56,787 nucleotides of DNA from a virus (taxonomy: Duplodnaviria > Caudoviricetes), in the IMG/VR virus record IMGVR_UViG_3300028610_000868, positions 1-56,787 of that record. One strand, written 5' to 3'. Shown in pieces: positions 48,947-54,901 of this stretch. Made by a program: the position numbers and the translations under genes. Numbering within the stretch: the first letter of the stretch is position 1; each line of letters begins with the position of its first letter. The notes under the pieces were generated by a model. That model saw only the letters and a list, made by a program, of their open reading frames with translations, ran no database searches and had not been told where the DNA came from.

Positions 48947-49504
48947 ATGAATACATTTTTTACAGGCGACCAACACTTTGGTCATAAAAACATTTGCAGG
49001 TTTGTAAATCGCCCTTTCGCTTCCATTGAGGAAATGAATGAGGCACTTATCAAGAATCATAATGACACGGTTAACCCCGGTGATGTAGTTTGGTTTTTGG
49101 GTGATTTTGGCTTTATGAGTCAAACTGGTATCAGAGCCATTCTAAGACGATTGAATGGTCAGAAGAATCTTATCTTGGGAAATCATGATAAGCCTTTTAT
49201 GAAACGCGGAAGGGAATTTATAGGCAAAGGATTGCTTAATGCCATTTTTCATTATAGAGAAATCAATATTGAAAAACAGCATATAGTTCTTCTTCACTAC
49301 GGTATGAGGGTGTGGAACAGGGCACATCACAGTTCATGGCATCTATACGGTCATTCTCATGGGTCACTCCCCCCATATCATAAATCACTTGATGTAGGAG
49401 TAGACTCTAAGGAGATAACCCCTGAATACAGACCTTATGCCTTTGAAGAGGTAAAGAGGTTTATGCAATCGAGAACGGCAGAATCGGTAGATCACCACAA
49501 CTAA
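48947..49504 (+). CDS. Calcineurin-like metallophosphoesterase
   Basis: GDQHFGH, LGDF, GNHD, LLHY, YGHSH; AAGGAG SD. Confidence 0.93.
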   Translation: MNTFFTGDQHFGHKNICRFVNRPFASIEEMNEALIKNHNDTVNPGDVVWFLGDFGFMSQTGIRAILRRLNGQKNLILGNHDKPFMKRGREFIGKGLLNAIFHYREINIEKQHIVLLHYGMRVWNRAHHSSWHLYGHSHGSLPPYHKSLDVGVDSKEITPEYRPYAFEEVKRFMQSRTAESVDHHN

Positions 49505-49524
49505 TTTATTTTGTTTGGTGTGAA

Positions 49525-50241
49525 TTAACCGAACTTAAGGTCGTCTAGGTTATCATCCCCATCATCCCCACCGATAGCAGCTAAGTCGTCTATTGCACTA
49601 GGGCGTTGTAGTGGTGCAGCCTTGCCACGTTTTTCTCTATGGGCTTCTAATGCTTCCTTCCCCTCTGGAGTAATGGCACCATCTGCGGTTACAAACTCAT
49701 CTTTTTTAAGCATGTCGAAGGTTTCGGAATACTTATCATTCTGTATAATATCGGTGCTAAGCTTGCCCTGACTTGCCATATTCAATATGAAGGGAGCGAA
49801 TTTGCCATAAACTGTGATATCAGCCTCCGGTGCAAAACCGTCATCTGGCTGTTCTCCTTTAACCTTTCCTGTAGTGGCTTTTTTGATTTCCGCTTTGGCT
49901 GTTTTCTTGATCTTATCCATGTTTTTCATGGTACGCTTTAAGGCGGCAGTCAAGGATTTACTGTTATTGGTTATTGCCTTCCTGTGTTTAGCAGACTCCT
50001 TTTTGTCGAAGCCACCACTTTTCTGAAGTCTAGCTACAATAGTTCTGGCCCTTGCTACAGCTTCTATTCTGCTCTGTAGCTCAGCAACCTTTTGGACAAG
50101 ATCATCACTTAGATCATCTAAAACGCCTTCATTTAACTGGGTGAAGGCCACCAGATGCTTGTATTCATTGAGTACAGCATCCATCTGTTTTGCAAGTTCC
50201 GTAAGTTCCCAGTCACTTACCATTTCATTTAGCAAATTCAT
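49525..50241 (-). CDS. Hypothetical protein, probable virion-internal protein
   Basis: 238-aa ORF, GAGG SD, ATAAATA upstream, LNE sites near N-terminus. Confidence 0.65.
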   Translation of the reverse strand: MNLLNEMVSDWELTELAKQMDAVLNEYKHLVAFTQLNEGVLDDLSDDLVQKVAELQSRIEAVARARTIVARLQKSGGFDKKESAKHRKAITNNSKSLTAALKRTMKNMDKIKKTAKAEIKKATTGKVKGEQPDDGFAPEADITVYGKFAPFILNMASQGKLSTDIIQNDKYSETFDMLKKDEFVTADGAITPEGKEALEAHREKRGKAAPLQRPSAIDDLAAIGGDDGDDNLDDLKFG

Positions 50242-50323
50242 AACAATTCCTCATTGACAATATAGAAGTATTTATTGTAATATACGGTTTTTCCATATAA
50301 TTCATCCGAGACTAAATAAAAAT

Positions 50324-51091
50324 ATGAAAACTGTTAATACTTGGTGGTCAAAAGGCCCGTCGCCCGGTAATTTTGGGGATATACTAACTCCATTGTTAGT
50401 AGAACACTTTAGTGATCATGTTTGTGTGTTCGTCAATATGCCATTTACGTCCCCAACCTTATTTGGGACGGGGAGCATCCTTTCTCGTGCTGAAAACAAT
50501 ACTATTATCTGGGGTAGTGGGATGATGCGTGCCAGTGATCAGGTAAAGCGTGATGCCATATATCTATGTGTTCGTGGACCCAGAACGTATGAAATCCTTC
50601 AACAAAGACATGTTAAGTGTCCACCAATATTTGGTGACCCGGCATTACTTATGCCAAAGGTATATAACAGGACAGATCTTCCTAAGAGATTTGAATATGG
50701 GGTGTTTGCTCATTATGTTGATACCGAAACTGTTTCGAAATGGTATAGATACGATCAAACTGTCAAGATAATAAACCCATTGAATGCCAACCCGTTGCAG
50801 GTAATAGCTCAAACACTACAATGTGAAAGAATTATTAGCAGTTCATTGCATGGGGTGATTATAGCCCACGCTTATGGTATCCCGGCTATCTGGGTCAAGC
50901 ATTCAGATAAATTGAACGGGGACGGTATTAAGTTTCACGATCATTTTGAGTCTGTGAAACTAGTAGCTGAATGTATTGATTTTCAAGAACGTATTCCCGT
51001 AGAGGATTTGGGAAAATTTAATTATCAGGCTGGTATCAGTATTGATACTACTAAAATATCAAGAGCACTACAGAGCTATTTGAATGAGTAA
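50324..51091 (+). CDS. Polysaccharide pyruvyl transferase family protein
   Basis: GNFGDIL, GSIL, WGSG, VRGP.T, GDPALL, SSSLHGVIIAHAYGIPA, KF.D. Confidence 0.88.
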   Translation: MKTVNTWWSKGPSPGNFGDILTPLLVEHFSDHVCVFVNMPFTSPTLFGTGSILSRAENNTIIWGSGMMRASDQVKRDAIYLCVRGPRTYEILQQRHVKCPPIFGDPALLMPKVYNRTDLPKRFEYGVFAHYVDTETVSKWYRYDQTVKIINPLNANPLQVIAQTLQCERIISSSLHGVIIAHAYGIPAIWVKHSDKLNGDGIKFHDHFESVKLVAECIDFQERIPVEDLGKFNYQAGISIDTTKISRALQSYLNE

Positions 51092-51713
51092 TCCGTACCC
51101 AACAATAATTAGTTTTTACACACGGGCGTGGCTATATCCAAATTATGCTATTAAGATGCGGGTTGCATGTAAAGTTTTGGGGCTGGAGCATCATATTGTA
51201 TCTAGAGAAGATGCCGGGGGGTGGGTGGCGAACACCAGAATGAAGCCACAGTTTATCTATGAGGCCATACAGGAGTTACAGCGGCCAGTGTTGTGGATTG
51301 ACGTGGATGGTACTATATTACATATTCCAGAACTTCTCAGAGAAGGTTATCCTTTTGATTTTGCTGCAAGAAAGATGGGTAAGCATAGGGATAGAACGTG
51401 GCAAGTAGGTACGCTGTATTTCAATTATACCCCGGAATCCTTGGCGTTTTTGAAAGAATGGAATAGAAAGATAGTCGATGATACTTGGTCAGATGAATTA
51501 TCTTTGGATGAATTGTGGTTGGAACAGGGTGAAGAGATAAGAAATTTGAGAGTTGGTGAACTCCCCAAGGAATATTTTCAGATGTTACGGGGTGATAATT
51601 CGACACCATCTCCTAGTTCCGTTATATGTCATCGGGCATCTAAGGGTGATGATAAGATGCGGGTTATGAAAGGGATACGGGCTAAAAGGGCTGATCTTGG
51701 AACAGGCACATGA
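51084..51713 (+). CDS. Nucleotide-diphospho-sugar transferase (GT-A, DxD) family protein
   Basis: W..NT..KP.FI, VLWIDVDG, GTLYF, W, DE..L, VICH..S. Confidence 0.75.
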   Translation: MSNPYPTIISFYTRAWLYPNYAIKMRVACKVLGLEHHIVSREDAGGWVANTRMKPQFIYEAIQELQRPVLWIDVDGTILHIPELLREGYPFDFAARKMGKHRDRTWQVGTLYFNYTPESLAFLKEWNRKIVDDTWSDELSLDELWLEQGEEIRNLRVGELPKEYFQMLRGDNSTPSPSSVICHRASKGDDKMRVMKGIRAKRADLGTGT

Positions 51714-51743
51714 TGTTTGATTCAAAAAAGATGATAAAAAGGG

Positions 51744-51772
51744 TTGACAAGGATTTTTTTGACATATATACT
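51744..51772 (+). promoter_or_regulatory. Near-consensus sigma70 promoter, leaderless transcript
   Basis: TTGACA-17 nt-TATACT; ATG 6 nt after the -10. Confidence 0.75.
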
Positions 51773-51778
51773 TAGAGC

Positions 51779-52009
51779 ATGAACACACGAAAAGTAACAA
51801 TGAGGATGACGGATAGGGATATCCATAATACAGAATATCTCAAAGCTTTATTAGAGTCGCCAAACAAGGCAACTGCTATAAGTTCAGCATTAGAATATAC
51901 AGCAGAGCTATATAGAATGTTGAAGGCTACGGGTGATGTTTTGAAGATTCACCACCAAGATGGAAGTACTGAAATTATTACTTTTGAAAAAAGGAAGAAA
52001 AAGGGTTGA
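51779..52009 (+). CDS. Ribbon-helix-helix-like DNA-binding protein
   Basis: N-terminal alternating strand RKVTMRM followed by two helices (NKATAISSAL). Confidence 0.6.
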   Translation: MNTRKVTMRMTDRDIHNTEYLKALLESPNKATAISSALEYTAELYRMLKATGDVLKIHHQDGSTEIITFEKRKKKG

Positions 52010-52043
52010 CAGGATAAAAATTTTTGTGTAAGATGCATAAATA
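52006..52043 (+). promoter_or_regulatory. Near-consensus sigma70 promoter plus late-promoter-like motif for leader/tRNA cluster
   Basis: TTGACA-17 nt-TAAGAT, then CATAAATA at 52036-52043. Confidence 0.75.
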
Positions 52044-52105
52044 CTTTTAACAATACAGGTTTACCCCTGTGGGCAATTAAGCCCCTTAACATTGAAAACG
52101 GAACT

Positions 52106-52243
52106 ATGAAAACTTTACTAGCGAAACAATTTATACAGCAATTACCCGCGATTCTCGCGTGTGTTCCATTGCGTGTGGAAATTGCCCGCGAGAATTATGA
52201 TAGAACCTCCGCTTTCTCAGGAGTAGGTGATAAAGAAATGTAG
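52106..52243 (+). CDS. Putative 45-aa attenuator leader peptide ending in TAG (not in ORF track)
   Basis: MKTLLAKQFIQQLPAILACVPLRVEIARENYDRTSAFSGVGDKEM*; GGA SD; overlaps antiterminator arm. Confidence 0.65.
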   Translation: MKTLLAKQFIQQLPAILACVPLRVEIARENYDRTSAFSGVGDKEM

Positions 52244-52273
52244 ATCACCAAAAAGAACTTCAAGAGAAAGCGG
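52209..52273 (+). promoter_or_regulatory. Putative antiterminator
   Basis: CCGCTTTCTC (52209-52218) is the perfect complement of GAGAAAGCGG (52264-52273), the 5' arm of the terminator. Confidence 0.65.
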
Positions 52274-52294
52274 GCAGAAAGGCCCGCTTTTTTT
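52264..52294 (+). terminator. Intrinsic terminator (attenuator) upstream of tRNA cluster
   Basis: AAAGCGGGC-AGAAAG-GCCCGCTTT followed by TTTT. Confidence 0.85.
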
Positions 52295-52308
52295 GCTTTA
52301 AAATTAGG

Positions 52309-52516
52309 GTTATGTAGAGAGAGACTTATAGTCTCCCGGTTAGACCAAGTACCGGCGCAAGAGTTGAAATGCCCCGATCTACATAGCGGAACTCGACCTG
52401 ATGTGGTAATCAGGTTGCCAGCCACGCGGATCACATTGGACATTCGTCCTTCGCCGCCGAAAAGAAATCCCATCACCATTTGGGTATCTGTCTCCGTCCG
52501 GTGAAACAATAGACGG
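52309..52516 (+). ncRNA. Putative structured ncRNA (multi-hairpin)
   Basis: GTTATGTAGA/TCTACATAGC closing stem with GAGAC/GTCTC and CCGGT/ACCGG arms; further GACCTGAT/ATCAGGTT and CCGTC/GACGG hairpins. Confidence 0.5.
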
Positions 52517-52522
52517 CTTTAT

Positions 52523-52600
52523 GGAACTCTGGCAGAGGTGGTCCTATTGCGCCTGTTTGAAGAACAGGATATCTCCGTTCGATTCGGGGGGGTTCTACCA
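52523..52600 (+). tRNA. tRNA-Phe(GAA)
   Basis: Cloverleaf; CCTGT-TT GAA GA-ACAGG; TTCGATT; CCA. Confidence 0.88.
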
Positions 52601-52653
52601 AATCACTTGCATAAAGTATCACTTTCCGATACTATATGCAACCAATTACTGCG

Positions 52654-52732
52654 GTGCTGTGACCGCCTCACTGTCTGTTATTATGATGGTGAGTGACCAC
52701 CAAGACTCGGTGGCCTGATAAATGCACAGCAC
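52654..52732 (+). ncRNA. Putative three-way-junction ncRNA
   Basis: GTGCTGTG/CACAGCAC closing stem; CTCACTGTC/GATGGTGAG and CCACC/GGTGG arms. Confidence 0.5.
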
Positions 52733-52738
52733 GAATTT

Positions 52739-52856
52739 AGACATGTGGCTGAGTGGATAAGTGCTAGTGGGTCTGGTAATCTAAGGGTCTTACAAACTAA
52801 TAACTTAGATTGGCTGCTAGATTAGAACAGCGGTTCGAATCCGTTCATGTCTTCTA
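52739..52856 (+). ncRNA. tRNA-like RNA with greatly extended anticodon arm
   Basis: AGACATG/CATGTCT acceptor, D-loop AGTGG, AGCGG-TTCGAAT-CCGTT T arm; about 60-nt arm replaces the anticodon loop; ends CTA, not CCA. Confidence 0.65.
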
Positions 52857-52867
52857 ACAAACACAAT

Positions 52868-52954
52868 GCCCCTGTGGTGGAATTGGTATACACGCTAGTT
52901 TTAGAAACTAGTGGCCGAAAGGTCGTGGAGGTTCGATGCCTCTCAGGGGTACCA
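52868..52954 (+). tRNA. tRNA-Leu(TAG)
   Basis: CTAGT-TT TAG AA-ACTAG; long variable arm; CCA. Confidence 0.92.
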
Positions 52955-52957
52955 AAT

Positions 52958-53042
52958 TAGTAGGTTCGAAAACGCCTTCCGGCACCAACCCAAGTGGTGT
53001 AAGGGGTACATACGACACGATTAGTACTTTCCGGCACTACTA
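52958..53042 (+). ncRNA. Putative small structured ncRNA
   Basis: TAGTAG/CTACTA closing stem, GCACCA/TGGTGT and GGTAC/GTACT arms. Confidence 0.35.
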
Positions 53043-53060
53043 CATTTTTAAAGTAACAAT

Positions 53061-53137
53061 GCGCTATTCCTCTAGTGGCCCAAGAGTCTGGACTTTCAAT
53101 TCAGGGAACGTCGGTTCGAATCCGACATAGCGTACCA
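53061..53137 (+). tRNA. tRNA-Glu(TTC)
   Basis: CTGGA-CT TTC AA-TTCAG; GTCGG-TTCGAAT-CCGAC; CCA. Confidence 0.9.
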
Positions 53138-53146
53138 AAAAGCAAT

Positions 53147-53233
53147 GCCGCTGTGGTGGAATTGGTATACACGCATGTTTCAAACGCATGTGCTCGAAAG
53201 GGCATGGAGGTTCAAGTCCTCTCGGCGGTACCA
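53147..53233 (+). tRNA. tRNA-Leu(CAA)
   Basis: CATGT-TT CAA AC-GCATG; long variable arm; CCA. Confidence 0.9.
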
Positions 53234-53287
53234 CTTTATAGATTATTGTGATATAATATCAGCTTTACATGTATATAAGAGGCACTC

Positions 53288-53551
53288 ATGGCAGAGTTAT
53301 ATTCTGATACTCCGGTAAAAAGAGTTGTAATACCGTGGCGCACGCGGGCTATAGGGTGGTTTACTGGATTGCCGCACAGCTATCCACATTCTTCAAGAGA
53401 GTGGATTAGTTCCTCATTAGATGAGGCGAAAGAGTTGATTGCTACATTTTCTCTAGCAATGCATTCGCCCTTTTATACAATGCCATGTAGTACCACGTGT
53501 AAGATATGTAATATGTGCCCAGCCTTATATCGTAAAGCTGCAAGCGAATAA
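53288..53551 (+). CDS. Hypothetical protein with C-terminal Cys cluster
   Basis: 87-aa ORF with GAGG SD; CSTTCKICNMC. Confidence 0.5.
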   Translation: MAELYSDTPVKRVVIPWRTRAIGWFTGLPHSYPHSSREWISSSLDEAKELIATFSLAMHSPFYTMPCSTTCKICNMCPALYRKAASE

Positions 53552-53555
53552 CAAT

Positions 53556-53642
53556 GCCCCTGTGGTGGAACTGGTATACACGCTGGACTTAAAACTCAGT
53601 GGCCGAAAGGTCGTGGAGGTTCGATGCCTCTCAGGGGTACCA
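53556..53642 (+). tRNA. tRNA-Leu(TAA)
   Basis: CTGGA-CT TAA AA-CTCAG; body nearly identical to Leu(TAG); CCA. Confidence 0.9.
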
Positions 53643-53708
53643 AATGTATCATATATGATACATTAGACGGTTTAATGCTCTATATATAGCACATTTGATA
53701 GAAATTAT

Positions 53709-53793
53709 GCATGAGTTGGACAGCGTGGTGGGTCCATCAGACTGTAAATCTGAAGCTTCGGCCTTGTAGGTTCGATTCCTACCTCATGCACCA
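53709..53793 (+). tRNA. tRNA-Tyr(GTA), long variable arm
   Basis: TCAGA-CT GTA AA-TCTGA; GTAGG-TTCGATT-CCTAC; CCA. Confidence 0.92.
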
Positions 53794-53863
53794 AACGTTG
53801 GGTAATATGAAAAGGAACCATCCACTCCCTCCGGGGACTGGTTGGCCCTTGAATTATTATCAA

Positions 53864-53978
53864 GTCACAAGATGAGAAGTAATACTATCATCTAAGGCCA
53901 AGACCTTGCCTTTGCAGCGGGGAATGTGGGTTTCAAATTCCCACTAGTATTATGGGTAGGCCACCCTAGTCTTGTGGC
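53864..53978 (+). ncRNA. ncRNA containing an embedded tRNA-like cloverleaf with no free CCA end
   Basis: Inner TAATACTA/TAGTATTA acceptor-like stem, D-like arm, CTTGC-CT TTG CA-GCGGG arm, GTGGG-TTTCAAATT-CCCAC T-like arm; outer GTCACAAGA/TCTTGTGGC stem. Confidence 0.55.
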
Positions 53979-53990
53979 GGATCTAATTTT

Positions 53991-54066
53991 GGGGCGGAAG
54001 CTAAAGTGGATAAGCGTTAGTCTGTAAAACTAACTATAGTTGGTTCGAGTCCAACCCACCTCACCA
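53991..54066 (+). tRNA. Atypical tRNA with GTA (Tyr) anticodon and short variable loop
   Basis: TTAGT-CT GTA AA-ACTAA; 5-nt variable loop; A8; C5-A68 mismatch; CCA. Confidence 0.8.
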
Positions 54067-54069
54067 ATT

Positions 54070-54218
54070 TGATAGTGTACTAACACGTAAAGGTGTGTAA
54101 GAAAACAGCCAAGAGTGGCCTAAGACGAGTGCATACTACCTTGTAATGATGGGTATGCAACGTGAACTACGCATGACATAAGCAAAAGGTTCCTAAGTGT
54201 AAATCTTGTCAGCTATCA
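54070..54218 (+). ncRNA. Putative structured ncRNA
   Basis: TGATAGT/GCTATCA closing stem; ACAC/GTGT, GCCA/TGGC and TGCATAC/GTATGCA arms. Confidence 0.4.
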
Positions 54219-54351
54219 TTTTTATTTTAAAATATACTGTGGTAAATTGTGGAAGAGTGCATAAATATGCATTATAGGGCAACCAATCCTATCTGTAGGG
54301 TATTTCCATTCCTATATATGAAAGGGAAAAACGTACAGAAGTATATTTTAT

Positions 54352-54429
54352 CGGGGATTAGCTCAGTCTGGTCAGAGCACTGCGTTTGGGGCGCAGGGGC
54401 CGAAGGTTCAAATCCTTCATTCCCGACCA
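54352..54429 (+). tRNA. tRNA-Pro(TGG)
   Basis: CTGCG-TT TGG GG-CGCAG; C1-G72, A73; CCA. Confidence 0.95.
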
Positions 54430-54439
54430 ATAAAAGAGT

Positions 54440-54514
54440 TTGCAGGTAGCCGTGGAGAGTTAGTCGTCACCACTATGATGTCAAGACTAGGCATAATAGC
54501 ATACGGCCCTGCAA
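54440..54514 (+). ncRNA. Putative small structured ncRNA
   Basis: TTGCAGG/CCTGCAA, GCCGT/ACGGC and TTAGTC/GACTAG nested stems. Confidence 0.45.
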
Positions 54515-54557
54515 TTGAATTATCTCTACGCAGTTTAGTCTGGTAGAGCACTTGTTT

Positions 54558-54635
54558 CGGGGATTAGCTCAGTCTGGTCAGAGCACTGCGTTCGGGGCGC
54601 AGGGGCCGAAAGTTCGAATCTTTCATTCCCGACCA
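54558..54635 (+). tRNA. tRNA-Pro(CGG)
   Basis: CTGCG-TT CGG GG-CGCAG; near copy of Pro(TGG); CCA. Confidence 0.95.
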
Positions 54636-54637
54636 AT

Positions 54638-54802
54638 TAGTGTTGTAATGTGGCTTTCATCGCAGAGACTGAAAGTCATTGGAAGTGATATTAATTCATG
54701 TTAACCTATTCTCTGGGGGGCATGATAGGAGCGGGTCTATGCCCAATGGGAATAAAATAGGCCGGTACTGGGGTCATGCCCGGTACACTTCCCACAATAT
54801 TA
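54638..54802 (+). ncRNA. Putative multibranch ncRNA (about 165 nt)
   Basis: TAGTGTTGT/ACAATATTA, TGGCTTTCA/TGAAAGTCA, GGAAGTG/CACTTCC, GGTCTAT/ATAGGCC, GTACTGGG/CCCGGTAC stems. Confidence 0.55.
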
Positions 54803-54812
54803 ATTTTACAAT

Positions 54813-54887
54813 TGGCCTATAGTATAATTGGCAGTGCATGAGCCTCTGACGCTCTCGGTCTAGGTTCGAATCCTAGTGGGCCAGCCA
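54813..54887 (+). tRNA. tRNA-Gln(CTG)
   Basis: T1-A72, G73; TGAGC-CT CTG AC-GCTCT; CTAGG-TTCGAAT-CCTAG; CCA. Confidence 0.92.
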
Positions 54888-54901
54888 AGTTTCACCAAGG
54901 A

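Noticed and set aside
54524-54557. tRNA-like 5' fragment (GCAGTTTAGTCTGGTAGAGCAC)
   Set aside because: Only a D-arm remnant with no T arm or acceptor partner; at most a deletion scar
52868-54635. Repeated sequences in the tRNA region as a CRISPR-like array
   Set aside because: The repeats are paralogous tRNA-Leu and tRNA-Pro genes, with irregular spacing and no cas genes
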